Notes: a model not told the origin generated them from the letters alone. DNA of 64,000 nucleotides from Eubacteriales bacterium (GCA_045533775.1 JAZSIK010000024.1:5510-69509); one strand, 5' to 3'; positions 1 through 9,629 are shown, numbered from the stretch's first letter. Numbers and translations: made by a program.

Positions 1-491
1 CTCGGATCAATCTCGGTGTGATCGCAGTCACACTCACCCTCGTTCAGATTCTTTCCGCACTTGGGACAAAGTCCCTTGCAGTCCTCATGACACAAGAAGC
101 GCATGGGGAACTCAATTTCCAGCTGCTCAAGCAGCTGTTCATCCATATCAAGGAATCCATCCTCAATAATGGCAAATTCATCAAGCTTGTCTTCGTCAAG
201 ATCACCGAGCAGATTCCTCGGCGCAACGGTTTTCTCAGGGTCAAGGGTAAACTCACCGGTAACAGGGGAAAGGCAACGCGCACACTGCGCAACATAACCT
301 ACTGACATGGTAAGGGTCATCCTCATATAACCGGCTGTGTTGGTAATTTCACCGCTAACCTTCATGGGAGAAGGAAAACCGACGCCCGAAAGATAACTTC
401 CGGTGTCCTCGGAGGATACATCAAGCACAAGCTCATAATCAAACTCAAGCAGACGGTCGCCTGCAAGCAGGGGCCTAAGGTCAAGTTTCAC
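1..491 (-). CDS. YceD/DUF177 family protein (3-prime end runs off the window)
   Basis: Absent from the ORF track because it is open at the window edge. Minus-strand GTG at 491-489 lies 9 nt downstream of AGGAGG (rc of 501-506). Translation VKLDLRPLLAGDRLLEFDYEL...FLCHEDCKGLCPKCGKNLNEGECDCDH shows the C-terminal Cys cluster typical of DUF177. Confidence 0.8.
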   Translation of the reverse strand, partial: MKLDLRPLLAGDRLLEFDYELVLDVSSEDTGSYLSGVGFPSPMKVSGEITNTAGYMRMTLTMSVGYVAQCARCLSPVTGEFTLDPEKTVAPRNLLGDLDEDKLDEFAIIEDGFLDMDEQLLEQLEIEFPMRFLCHEDCKGLCPKCGKNLNEGECDCDHTEIDP

Positions 492-732
492 TCAGAAAAT
501 CCTCCTTTTTGCGTCATTTGGGCGCAGTTTAGGCTACGATCCCAAAATCGTACAATCTATTATAAATCAAGGCAACTCAAAAGTCAATAGTTTTTTCAAC
601 TTTCACAAAAATATTTTTTCACTTTGTGTACATTTAATAAAAATAAAATAAAAAAGACTTGATTTTGTCGTTTTTTTATGATAAAATAATACGGTTATGA
701 AAATAACCCCCCAAAAATCAGGAGGTATTGAG

Positions 733-2106
733 ATGAAATACGATGTAATTATTGTTGGCGCAGGCCCCGGCGGTATTTTCTCGGCATATGAGCTTATTAC
801 CAGAGCTCCTCAGCTTAAGGTTGCGGTTATTGAGGCAGGCAACGAGCTGAAAAAACGCCATTGCCCCATTGACGGCGACAAGATAAAAAGCTGCATCAAG
901 TGCAAGAGCTGTGCTATTATGTCCGGCTTTGGCGGTGCGGGTGCTTTCTCTGACGGAAAGTATAATATTACCAATGATTTTGGTGGCTCTCTCTATGAGT
1001 ATATTGGTAGAAAATCTGCCATTGAGCTGATGAAATATGTTGATGAGATCAACCTTGCTTACGGCGGCGAGGGTACAAAAATGTATTCTACCGCAGGCAG
1101 CGCCTTCAAGACCCTCTGCGTACAGAACAAGCTTCAGCTTCTTGATGCCTCTGTTCGTCATCTGGGTACCGATATTAATTATATCGTGCTTGAAAATCTG
1201 TATAAAAAGCTTAGCAAGAGCGTTGATTTCTTCTTCAACACCCCCGCGCAGAAGATTGAAAAAACTGCCGATGGTTACCGTGTAATCACCAAGAAGGGTG
1301 AGTTTGAGGGTACCGACTGTATCGTATCGGTAGGTCGTAGCGGTAGCAAGTGGATGGAGACTGTGTGTCGTGATCTTGATATTACCACACACTCCAACCG
1401 CGTGGACATCGGTGTTCGCGTTGAGATCCCCGCTGTTATTTTCCAGCACATTACAAGTGAGCTTTACGAGGGTAAGATCGTATATCGCACCGAGAAGTTT
1501 GAGGACCGTGTCCGCACCTTCTGTATGAATCCCAACGGCATTGTCGTTACCGAAAATACAAACGGCATTGTTACAGTAAACGGTCATAGCTTTGAGGACC
1601 CCGAGAAAAAGACCGAGAACACCAACTTTGCTCTCCTTGTTGCAAAGCATTTCTCCGAGCCCTTCAAGGACAGTAACGGTTACGGTGAGAATGTTGCAAA
1701 GCTCTCCAATATGCTTGGTGGCGGTGTAATCGTACAGAGATTCGGCGACCTTGAGAGAGGACGTCGCTCTACGCATAGCAGAATTGAGGAAAATACCGTA
1801 AGACCTACCCTTTCTGCAACCCCGGGAGATCTCAGCCTGGTGCTTCCCAAGAGAATCCTTGACGGCATTATTGAGATGATATATGCGCTTGACAAGATTG
1901 CTCCCGGTATGGCAAATGACGATACTCTCCTTTACGGTGTAGAGGTTAAGTTCTACAATATGGAGGTTGAGCTTGATGAGAACCTTGAAACAAAGCACAA
2001 GGGACTCTATGTTATCGGCGACGGCAGCGGTGTGACCCACTCGCTCTCTCACGCATCTGCGAGCGGCGTTTATGTAGCGCGCAGAATTGCGGATGCTATT
2101 AAATAA
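733..2106 (+). CDS. FAD-dependent oxidoreductase (uncharacterised FAD dehydrogenase family, COG2509-like)
   Basis: ORF track 697..2106. Start moved to ATG 733, which follows GGAGG at 721-725. Rossmann motif DVIIVGAGPGG at the N-terminus and GDGSG near the C-terminus. Confidence 0.8.
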   Translation: MKYDVIIVGAGPGGIFSAYELITRAPQLKVAVIEAGNELKKRHCPIDGDKIKSCIKCKSCAIMSGFGGAGAFSDGKYNITNDFGGSLYEYIGRKSAIELMKYVDEINLAYGGEGTKMYSTAGSAFKTLCVQNKLQLLDASVRHLGTDINYIVLENLYKKLSKSVDFFFNTPAQKIEKTADGYRVITKKGEFEGTDCIVSVGRSGSKWMETVCRDLDITTHSNRVDIGVRVEIPAVIFQHITSELYEGKIVYRTEKFEDRVRTFCMNPNGIVVTENTNGIVTVNGHSFEDPEKKTENTNFALLVAKHFSEPFKDSNGYGENVAKLSNMLGGGVIVQRFGDLERGRRSTHSRIEENTVRPTLSATPGDLSLVLPKRILDGIIEMIYALDKIAPGMANDDTLLYGVEVKFYNMEVELDENLETKHKGLYVIGDGSGVTHSLSHASASGVYVARRIADAIK

Positions 2107-2114
2107 TTACTTAC

Positions 2115-2143
2115 AGTCGCCCTCACAGCAGGGCGACTTTTTA
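2115..2143 (+). terminator. Rho-independent terminator
   Basis: GTCGCCC-loop-GGGCGAC hairpin followed by TTTTT. Confidence 0.75.
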
Positions 2144-2155
2144 TTCTAAATCACC

Positions 2156-2184
2156 TTGACATCTCCGTTGTAATATAGTATAAT
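2156..2184 (+). promoter_or_regulatory. Sigma-A type promoter for rdgB
   Basis: TTGACA (2156-2161), 17-nt spacer, TATAAT (2179-2184). Confidence 0.6.
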
Positions 2185-2256
2185 TTAGCCGATATTATAT
2201 TTACATAATTCGTGCTATTTTTCACTATATATTAATAAAGGTAGGAAATCCCTTTT

Positions 2257-2871
2257 ATGAAATTGATTATAGCTTCAAACAACGCACATAAAATACAGGA
2301 AATAAAAGAGATTCTTTCCTCTGACTTTGACAGTATTCTCTCTCTCAGAGAGGCGGGCATTACCCACGAAACAGTAGAGGACGGAGAGACTTTTGCGGAA
2401 AACGCTCTTAAGAAGGCAAGAGAGATTGCGGACATATCGGGATGCGCCAGCCTTGCCGACGATAGCGGGCTATGTGTAAACGCTCTTGACGGTGCGCCCG
2501 GTATATACAGCGCCCGTTTTGCAGGAGAGCACACAGGTGCAGAAAGCGATACAAAAAACAACCGACTTCTTCTTGAAAAGCTTGCTGGCAAGGAGGATAG
2601 GGGTGCGTATTTTGCCTGTTTTATGGCGCTCGTTTATCCCGATGGCAGAGAGATAGTTGCAGACGGATATATGAGGGGCAGTATTACCGATTCTCCCAGG
2701 GGAGAGCGGGGCTTTGGCTATGATCCGCTCTTCATTCCAAACGGAGAGAGTCGTACCGTGGCAGAGATGAGCGAGGAGGAGAAAAACTCTATTAGTCACC
2801 GTGGCGCAGCTTTGAAAAATCTACTTACAAAAATCCAGCTTACAGAGGCAAAAAATGGAACTTGTTCTTGA
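2257..2871 (+). CDS. rdgB: RdgB/HAM1 non-canonical purine NTP pyrophosphatase
   Basis: MKLIIASNNAHKIQEI N-terminus, FGYDPLF and SHRG motifs, about 200 aa. Confidence 0.9.
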   Translation: MKLIIASNNAHKIQEIKEILSSDFDSILSLREAGITHETVEDGETFAENALKKAREIADISGCASLADDSGLCVNALDGAPGIYSARFAGEHTGAESDTKNNRLLLEKLAGKEDRGAYFACFMALVYPDGREIVADGYMRGSITDSPRGERGFGYDPLFIPNGESRTVAEMSEEEKNSISHRGAALKNLLTKIQLTEAKNGTCS

Positions 2872-3556
2872 TATTATCAACATTATAGGCATCATATCCT
2901 TTGCTGCGGCAGGCGCTATGATAGCTATTGACAAGGAAACCGACCTTTTTGGCGTGCTTTTCCTGTCTGTTATGACCTGCTTCGGGGGAGGAATACTCCG
3001 AGATATGCTGGCGGGCAATGCTATAGGCAGAGATATACCCGTATTCTTCACAGAGCTCAAAATGGAAATAATTGTTTGCGTTTTAACGGCTTTTGTGGTA
3101 TTTTTGATAGCTTTTGCTCTGAAGGATAAGTATATCAGGGAGGAAGCAACGGTTGAAAAAATCAACAATATCCTTGATGCTCTTGGTCTCGGAGTCTTTG
3201 CGGCGGTGGGTACGGGCGCATATCTTCAGCTCGGCGCCTTTGTAGCAATCATTATGGGCTGCATTTCCGCTGTCGGAGGCAGTCTTATCCGAGATGTTAT
3301 GCTCCGCGATATCCCGTTTATACTGCGTAAGAGGGTATATGCCGTAGCGGCTATTCTCGGCTCGCTTGCTTACTACCTTATTGCAGGCGTTTTTATGAAG
3401 GGTATGGCGTCTGCCGATGTGGTTGGAACCCTCTCCTGCATCGCCGTGATTTTTGTGATCAGAATGTGTGCTACCGTATTCCGTTGGAATATTCCGAAGG
3501 CAATAGATTTTTCAAAAATCAACAAAGCAGAGCAGGGTGAAAATAAGGACAACTAA
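2855..3556 (+). CDS. Trimeric intracellular cation channel / UPF0126 (YadS) family membrane protein
   Basis: Two internal repeats with glycine motifs GGGILRD and GGSLIRD; multi-pass hydrophobic. Overlaps the rdgB stop. Confidence 0.85.
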   Translation: MELVLDIINIIGIISFAAAGAMIAIDKETDLFGVLFLSVMTCFGGGILRDMLAGNAIGRDIPVFFTELKMEIIVCVLTAFVVFLIAFALKDKYIREEATVEKINNILDALGLGVFAAVGTGAYLQLGAFVAIIMGCISAVGGSLIRDVMLRDIPFILRKRVYAVAAILGSLAYYLIAGVFMKGMASADVVGTLSCIAVIFVIRMCATVFRWNIPKAIDFSKINKAEQGENKDN

Positions 3557-3598
3557 ATAGATTCAAGACGGCTCGCGATGACGGGCCGTTTTTTGTTG

Positions 3599-3627
3599 TT
3601 GACAAAATATTTTAATTGTTGTATAAT
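3599..3627 (+). promoter_or_regulatory. Sigma-A type promoter
   Basis: TTGACA (3599-3604), 17-nt spacer, TATAAT (3622-3627), just after a hairpin plus T-tract at about 3568-3596. Confidence 0.6.
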
Positions 3628-3661
3628 AAGATGAAATACTATCCTCAGAAAGGAGTCGGCC

Positions 3662-5899
3662 ATGAACAACAAGCATATCATTTTAAGATCCCAGCTCAGC
3701 CTTTTCAAGCCTATTGTAGACAAGTGCTCAATCAGGGTTGTAAGACGGGCTCAGGACGGTATCGGTAAGCTTATGTCTGCCTCCTATAAGGATCAGGTCA
3801 GCTGTAAAAATGTCAAGGTTGGACATCTCAACTGCGCTATGCTTACTCCCAGGGAGGAGCTTAACGGTGGAGTCATTCTGTATCTTCACGGCGGCGGCTA
3901 TGTGGCGGGTAATCTTGATTACGCAAAGGGCTTTGGCAGCGTTCTTGCGGCAAAGTGTGGCATCAAGGTATTTGTGGTTGAGTACAGGCTTGCTCCCGAG
4001 TATCCCTATCCCGCTGCTCTTGATGACGCTATGGATGCGTACGGTTATCTTCTTTCTGACGGATATGAGCCGTCAAGAATTGCCATTTGCGGTGAGAGCG
4101 CCGGAGGCGGACTTTGCTATTCTCTCTGCCAGAAGCTGCGCGATAAGGGAAGGACTATGCCTGCGGGAATTATTGCTATCTCGCCATGGACCGATCTTAC
4201 ACTGAGTAGTGAATCTTACGTTGTAAATAAAGACGAAGATCCTTCTATGTCCCCCGAGCTGCTCAAATACTTTGCGGATTGCTATGTTTATGGTGGACAA
4301 GCCGACTCAAAGGGCAGACTTCATCCGAATATCAATACCGATGCTGAGGACGACCGTGAGCTTAAGAGTGATCGTCATCTTTCTCCCCTTTTTGACAATC
4401 AGGATAAAATGCCTCCGTCGCTTATTTTTGTAGGAGATGACGAGGTGATGTATGACGATTCGGTGCTCCTGCACGAAAAGCTGCTTGATGCCGGTTGCAG
4501 GAGCGAGCTTGTAGTTGCGCCTGATCTTTGGCACGGTTACCTTCTTTATGATCTTCCGGAGAGGGCAGGTGACTTTGATAAAATATCAAAGTTTATTAAG
4601 AGGATCATTCCCGCTCACAGAATGCTTAGCTGGATGTCGCTTGATAACGCCGCCAAGATATTCCCCGCATCAAGGAGCAGAACTTGGAGCAATATGTTCC
4701 GTGTTTCAGCGACTTTTGACGAGGATATTGACAGAGATGTATTGCGTGTAGCTCTTGATGTCACGCTGAGACGCTTTCCTTCTATTGCCGTATCAATTAA
4801 AGAAGGACTTTTCTGGTACTACCTTGAGGAGATTTCCTCCGCGCCCGAGATCCTTGACGAGAAGCCATATCCTCTTGCAAGAATGACTATGCGAGATCTG
4901 AGAAAATGCGCCTTCCGCGTTCTCGTTTATAAAAATCGTTTGGCGGTGGAGTTCTTCCATTCGCTGACCGACGGCAACGGAGGACTTGTTTTTGTAAAAA
5001 CGCTGGCAGCAGAATATCTTTACCAAAAATACGGCCTTAAGGTTCCTGCAGAAAACGGAATATTTGACAGGCTTGAGGAGCCCTCTGCAGCAGAGCTTGA
5101 GGATTCGTTTGTTAAATATGCAGGCAAATACGCCGCCTCGCGTAAAGAGTCCGACTCGTTTTCAATACAAGGGAAACGCGAGGTTGACGGTTTTCGTACC
5201 AATACCACCTTTATTCTTGATCCGGATTTTGTCAGGTCAGAGGCAAGGAAGCGCGGAGTTACCGTGAATATATATCTGACCGCTATTCTTATAGAAGCAT
5301 CAAAGAGCATACAGAATAAGCGTGTGCCCGATCCTGCTCGCCAGAAGGATATCAAGGTTTATATTCCGATAAATCTGCGTAAAATATTTCCCTCGCAGAC
5401 TATGCGTAATTTTATTCTCGGTGTAACCGTAGGAATCAATCCAAAGCAGGGAGATTATTCCTTTGACGATCTTTGCACTATTCTGTCAGCACAAATGAAA
5501 CAGCAGATGACAGAGAAAAATCTCGCCGCTATGATCAAAACTAATGTTCAAAGCGAGCAGAGTATGTTTATACGCGTAGTACCTCTGTTTTTGAAAAATA
5601 TAATTATGAAAGCCATTTTTAATGCTGTGGGTGAGAGAAAAAGCTTGTTCAGCTTCTCTAATCTTGGTATTGTAAATGCACCACCTGAGTTTTTGTCCCA
5701 TGTTAAGCGTATGGACTTTGTTCTCGGTTCGCAGTCAAGCGCGCCCTACAACGTCAGTGCTCTGACGTATAACGGTAATTTGTATCTGAATATTACCCGT
5801 AACTGTAAAGAACCCACCCTTGAGGGCGAAGTATACCGTGTTCTCAGAGAGAGAGGCGTTCCTCACTCCGTGGAGAGCAACACCAGAGGAAAGGAGTAA
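3662..5899 (+). CDS. Fusion protein: alpha/beta-hydrolase (HSL-type esterase/lipase) plus HxxxD acyltransferase (alcohol acetyltransferase / condensation-like) domain
   Basis: N-terminal part has the HGGG oxyanion motif (LHGGGYVAGN) and nucleophile elbow GESAGG. C-terminal part of about 420 aa has HSLTDGNGG (HxxxDG catalytic motif). Confidence 0.75.
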   Translation: MNNKHIILRSQLSLFKPIVDKCSIRVVRRAQDGIGKLMSASYKDQVSCKNVKVGHLNCAMLTPREELNGGVILYLHGGGYVAGNLDYAKGFGSVLAAKCGIKVFVVEYRLAPEYPYPAALDDAMDAYGYLLSDGYEPSRIAICGESAGGGLCYSLCQKLRDKGRTMPAGIIAISPWTDLTLSSESYVVNKDEDPSMSPELLKYFADCYVYGGQADSKGRLHPNINTDAEDDRELKSDRHLSPLFDNQDKMPPSLIFVGDDEVMYDDSVLLHEKLLDAGCRSELVVAPDLWHGYLLYDLPERAGDFDKISKFIKRIIPAHRMLSWMSLDNAAKIFPASRSRTWSNMFRVSATFDEDIDRDVLRVALDVTLRRFPSIAVSIKEGLFWYYLEEISSAPEILDEKPYPLARMTMRDLRKCAFRVLVYKNRLAVEFFHSLTDGNGGLVFVKTLAAEYLYQKYGLKVPAENGIFDRLEEPSAAELEDSFVKYAGKYAASRKESDSFSIQGKREVDGFRTNTTFILDPDFVRSEARKRGVTVNIYLTAILIEASKSIQNKRVPDPARQKDIKVYIPINLRKIFPSQTMRNFILGVTVGINPKQGDYSFDDLCTILSAQMKQQMTEKNLAAMIKTNVQSEQSMFIRVVPLFLKNIIMKAIFNAVGERKSLFSFSNLGIVNAPPEFLSHVKRMDFVLGSQSSAPYNVSALTYNGNLYLNITRNCKEPTLEGEVYRVLRERGVPHSVESNTRGKE

Positions 5900-5903
5900 G
5901 AAT

Positions 5904-6611
5904 ATGTATTGTATCAAATGTGGCGCAAAGCTGTCTGAGGGTCAGACTGTCTGTCCGATTTGCGAAACCAGGGTGTATCACCCCGACTTTGTAATATCAG
6001 AGAAAAACACCTATCCCAAGGTGCCTTTTGAGTCTGAGGAGTTCAATCGCAAGGGCCTTATGTTTATCCTCACGATGATATTCCTTATTCCTCTTATCCT
6101 TCCTGTACTTCTTGAGCTGGGCTGGCGATCTGATGTCAGCTGGTCGGGATATGCATCGGGCGGAACACTGATTTTTTATGTGGCATTCATTATGCCGTAT
6201 TGGTTCAAGAAGCCTAATCCTGTGATTTTTACCCCTGTGACATTCGCACTTATAGTCGGTCTTTTGCTGTTTATTTGTTATGAGACGGGTGGCAATTGGT
6301 TTATGTCCTTTGCCTTCCCGGTGGCGGGGTCGCTTGCCATTATTGTTACTGCAGCCACCGCTTTGCTGCATTATGTAAAGAAAGGTTGTCTTTATACCAT
6401 AGGCGGATTGCTTATTGCTTTGGGACTCTGGACTGTGCTTCTGGAGATTGACATCAGAACAAGCTTTGATGTCCACACCCCATTTTTCTGGTCGCTTGCA
6501 CCTCTTACCGTTTTATCGGTGATCGGCATTATGCTGATCGTAATAGCTATCGTAAAGCCCTTGAAGGAATCGCTCAGACGGATATTCTTCATTGGAAGCT
6601 CAAAAAAATAG
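5904..6611 (+). CDS. Zinc-ribbon domain membrane protein (function unknown)
   Basis: ORF track 5820..6611. ATG 5904 follows GGAAAGGAG. N-terminal CIKCG...CPIC zinc ribbon followed by about 6 hydrophobic segments. Confidence 0.7.
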   Translation: MYCIKCGAKLSEGQTVCPICETRVYHPDFVISEKNTYPKVPFESEEFNRKGLMFILTMIFLIPLILPVLLELGWRSDVSWSGYASGGTLIFYVAFIMPYWFKKPNPVIFTPVTFALIVGLLLFICYETGGNWFMSFAFPVAGSLAIIVTAATALLHYVKKGCLYTIGGLLIALGLWTVLLEIDIRTSFDVHTPFFWSLAPLTVLSVIGIMLIVIAIVKPLKESLRRIFFIGSSKK

Positions 6612-6642
6612 CAAATTGTACAAAGATTTTTTCAAAAACCTA

Positions 6643-6671
6643 TTTACAAACCCATTTTTTTGTGTTATAAT
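6643..6671 (+). promoter_or_regulatory. Promoter of rpsO
   Basis: TTTACA (6643-6648), 17-nt spacer, extended -10 TGtTATAAT (6663-6671). Confidence 0.6.
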
Positions 6672-6801
6672 AACCAACGGCCTTTAACTGAGTGCTGTGT
6701 ATGGCCTCGCTCCGTTCGGAAGCTTTTCCTTGCGTAGCCTGTGCTTTTCACCCACACTTTACTCGGTTTTTGGAAATAAATTATAAGAAAGGTGAAGACA
6801 A
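6672..6801 (+). promoter_or_regulatory. rpsO 5-prime leader (possible S15 autoregulatory leader)
   Basis: About 130-nt GC-richer untranslated leader between the promoter and rpsO. S15 is known to autoregulate through leader structures; I did not fold this one. Confidence 0.3.
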
Positions 6802-7068
6802 ATGATTTCTAAGGAAAAAAAGAATGCTCTTATTGAGCAGTACAAGATCAACGAGCAGGACACAGGTTCTCCCGAGGTTCAGGTTGCTATCCTTACAACC
6901 AGAATCAATGAGCTCACCGAGCACATGAAGAAGAATCCCAAGGACTTCCACTCTCAGAGAGGTCTTTCCAAGATGGTTGGTCACAGAAAGCAGCTTCTTG
7001 CATATCTTGCAAAGAAGGACATTGAAAGATACAGAGCTCTTATCAAGAGTCTCGGTCTCAGAAAGTAA
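6802..7068 (+). CDS. rpsO: 30S ribosomal protein S15
   Basis: 88 aa; [34 protein letters not shown] is canonical S15. Confidence 0.97.
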   Translation: MISKEKKNALIEQYKINEQDTGSPEVQVAILTTRINELTEHMKKNPKDFHSQRGLSKMVGHRKQLLAYLAKKDIERYRALIKSLGLRK

Positions 7069-7107
7069 TATATCAATTATATTCACTTCCCGGGATTATA
7101 TAATAAG

Positions 7108-7137
7108 CGGGGACGGATTTTTTCGTTCCCGTTTGTT
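7108..7137 (+). terminator. Hairpin plus T-rich tract between rpsO and pnp (terminator/attenuator)
   Basis: CGGGGACG / CGTTCCCG stem (one G-U pair), 8-nt loop, followed by TTTGTT. Confidence 0.5.
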
Positions 7138-7267
7138 ATACTAAAAAGATTTTGAAAACAAAATTATTCGGACGCGAAAGTAGCAGTTAAATATGTGCCA
7201 AGCTTGTGCCTCGGCGGATATTTAAGTGCTATGTTCGCTCCCGAAAAAATGAAAAAGGAGATTTAAC

Positions 7268-9385
7268 ATGGTAGAAAGAATCAAAACATTTGACAACTAC
7301 AAAGAATACCGCTACGAGCTTGCGGGCAGACCCCTTGTAGTTAAGACCGGCAAGGTAGCCGGACTGGCAAACGGTGCAGCTATGGTTCAGTACGGCGAGA
7401 CTACCGTTCTTGCGACCGCAACCGCTTCTGCTGCTCCCAGAGAGGGAATTGATTTCCTTCCTCTTTCGGTTGATTATGATGAGAAGATGTACGCTGTCGG
7501 CAAGATCCCCGGTGGCTTCCTTAAGCGTGAGGGTAAGCCCTCCGAGAAGGCGGTTCTCGCAGGCAGAGTTATTGACCGTCCCGTACGTCCCCTCTTCCCC
7601 AAGGATCTGAGAAATGATATTTCTCTCCTCCTCACCATTATGTCCGTTGACCCCGATTGCTCCCCCGAGATCACCGCTATGATCGGTGCGTCTATCGCTC
7701 TCTCCATTTCCGACATTCCATGGAACGGTCCTATTGCAGGCGTATTTATGGGTCTTGTTGACGGTGAGATCGTTGTTAACCCCACCGCTGCTCAGAGAAA
7801 GGTTTCTGACCTTGAGCTTACCGTTGCTGCTTCCGAGGGCAAGGTAGTTATGATTGAGGCAGGCGCAAAGGAAGTTTCCGATGAGGTTATGTTTGACGCT
7901 ATTATGAAGGCGCACGAGGAGTGCAAGGGTGTTGTTAAGTTCATCAACGAGATCGTAGCAGAGATCGGTAAGCCTAAGTTTACTTATGCATCCGGTGAGC
8001 TTGATCACGATATGTTTGATGAGATCTTCGCTTACTGTGAGGCAGGCGTTATGGAGGCACTTGACACCGATGACAAGAATGTCAGAGATGCTAAGATGCA
8101 GCCCATTATGGACGATATCGTTGCAAACTTTGAAGAAAAGTATCCCGACATTAAGGTAGTTCTCCCTGAGCTTATCTACAAGATTCAGAAGAAGATCGTT
8201 CGTCGCTGGCTTCTTGTTGACAAGAAGAGAGTTGATGGCAGACGTATGGACGAGATCCGTCCTCTTGCATCTGAGGTAGGTCTTATTCCCAGGGTACACG
8301 GCTCGGGTCTTTTCACCAGAGGTCAGACTCAGGTACTTACTATTGCTACTCTTGGTACTCTCTCTGAGGGTCAGAAGCTTGAGGGTCTTGATGACGAGAC
8401 CGGCAAGAGATATATGCACCACTACAACATGCCCGGTTACTCTACCGGTGAGGCAAAGGCTCTTCGTTCTCCCGGCCGTCGCGAGATCGGTCACGGTGCT
8501 CTTGCAGAGCGTTCTCTTGTTCCCGTTCTTCCTTCGGAAGAAGAGTTCCCCTATGCTATCCGTCTTGTATCTGAGGTCGTAAGCTCTAACGGTTCCACAT
8601 CTCAGGGCTCCGTTTGCGGCTCCACCCTTGCACTTATGGATGCAGGTGTTCCGATCAAGGCTCCTGTTGCAGGTATTTCCTGCGGTCTTATCACCGCTGA
8701 GGACGGCTCCTGGGATACTATGATTGATATTCAGGGTCTTGAGGACTTCTACGGCGATATGGACTTCAAGGTAGCAGGTACCAAGAAGGGTATTACCTCC
8801 ATTCAGATGGACCTTAAGGTAGACGGTCTTACTCCCGAGATTATCAAGCAGGCTCTTGAGACTACTCACCAGGGTAGAAACGAGATCATTGACAAGGTTA
8901 TTCTTCCCGCTATTGCCGAGCCCAGAGCAGAGGTATCTGCATATGCTCCCAAGATGATCTCCATGACCATCAATCCCGATAAGATCCGTGAGGTTATCGG
9001 TAAGGGCGGCTCTGTAATTCAGAAGATCGTTGCCGACACCGGCGCAAAGGTTGATATCAACGATGACGGCACCGTATTTATCGCAGCGGTTAACCGCGAG
9101 AGCGCAGATATGGCAAAGGCTATCATTGACGCTATCGTGTTTGAGCCCGAGGTAGGCGAGACCTATGAGGGTACCGTTACCAGAATCATTCCTATTGGCG
9201 CGTTTGTAGAGTTCGCTCCCGGCAAGGAGGGTATGGTTCATATCTCCAAGCTCCAGCAGCAGAGAACCGAGAAGGTTGAGGATGTTGTTGCAGTTGGCGA
9301 TACCGTTCGCGTTAAGTATCTCGGCACCGACGAGAAGGGCAGACAGAACCTTTCTATGCGCGACGCTGCTCCCAAGGCGGAGTAA
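7268..9385 (+). CDS. pnp: Polyribonucleotide nucleotidyltransferase (PNPase)
   Basis: 705 aa; two RNase PH domains, then KH (GKGGSVIQKI) and S1 C-terminal domains. Classic rpsO-pnp synteny. Confidence 0.97.
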   Translation: MVERIKTFDNYKEYRYELAGRPLVVKTGKVAGLANGAAMVQYGETTVLATATASAAPREGIDFLPLSVDYDEKMYAVGKIPGGFLKREGKPSEKAVLAGRVIDRPVRPLFPKDLRNDISLLLTIMSVDPDCSPEITAMIGASIALSISDIPWNGPIAGVFMGLVDGEIVVNPTAAQRKVSDLELTVAASEGKVVMIEAGAKEVSDEVMFDAIMKAHEECKGVVKFINEIVAEIGKPKFTYASGELDHDMFDEIFAYCEAGVMEALDTDDKNVRDAKMQPIMDDIVANFEEKYPDIKVVLPELIYKIQKKIVRRWLLVDKKRVDGRRMDEIRPLASEVGLIPRVHGSGLFTRGQTQVLTIATLGTLSEGQKLEGLDDETGKRYMHHYNMPGYSTGEAKALRSPGRREIGHGALAERSLVPVLPSEEEFPYAIRLVSEVVSSNGSTSQGSVCGSTLALMDAGVPIKAPVAGISCGLITAEDGSWDTMIDIQGLEDFYGDMDFKVAGTKKGITSIQMDLKVDGLTPEIIKQALETTHQGRNEIIDKVILPAIAEPRAEVSAYAPKMISMTINPDKIREVIGKGGSVIQKIVADTGAKVDINDDGTVFIAAVNRESADMAKAIIDAIVFEPEVGETYEGTVTRIIPIGAFVEFAPGKEGMVHISKLQQQRTEKVEDVVAVGDTVRVKYLGTDEKGRQNLSMRDAAPKAE

Positions 9386-9407
9386 TTTTCAGCAAAAATA
9401 AACAGTA

Positions 9408-9440
9408 AAAACGGCAATCGTTAATTCGGTTGCCTTTTTT
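9408..9440 (+). terminator. pnp terminator
   Basis: GGCAATCG-TTAATT-CGGTTGCC hairpin followed by TTTTTT. Confidence 0.6.
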
Positions 9441-9600
9441 ACCGAATTAATCGCGCACGCGCGCGACGAATTTTTGTTACTTTTTGACCAAATTATTAAC
9501 GACTTTTTGTTAAAAAGCACAAAAAAGCTTCTCGCGCATATAATATTAGTATAAAAATATATTAAAAAACATTAAAAAAAACTTTTTTTCTAAAAAAGTA

Positions 9601-9629
9601 TTGACTTATTTGACAAGAAGTAGTATAAT
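9601..9629 (+). promoter_or_regulatory. Promoter of the collagen-like lipoprotein gene
   Basis: TTGACT (9601-9606), 17-nt spacer, TATAAT (9624-9629). Leaves a 5-prime UTR of about 150 nt. Confidence 0.6.

Noticed and set aside
718-2052. Long minus-strand ORF (444 aa) antisense to the FAD-oxidoreductase gene. Similar long antisense ORFs occur at 7229-9241, 9812-11203, 16047-16751, 29340-30137, 31682-32554, 36342-37442, 37282-38247, 40416-41555, 45785-47512, 47578-48315, 51978-53693, 55034-55891, 62802-63383 and 63540-63917.
   Set aside because: Each lies exactly opposite a gene with clear homology motifs. They have low-complexity, Leu/Ser/Val/Asn-rich translations without recognisable motifs or RBS. 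The strong codon bias of the sense genes (few TTA/CTA/TCA codons) removes stop codons from the antisense frame, so these are shadow ORFs.
5820-5903. N-terminal extensions in the ORF track (5820, 697, 9710, 21143, 24919, 26140, 33687, 34383, 35285, 36360, 37192, 40636, 41419, 47518, 53731).
   Set aside because: In each case a downstream start has a proper Shine-Dalgarno sequence and gives the canonical N-terminus of the family. Alternatively, the extension would run through a promoter or terminator, or overlap the preceding gene extensively.
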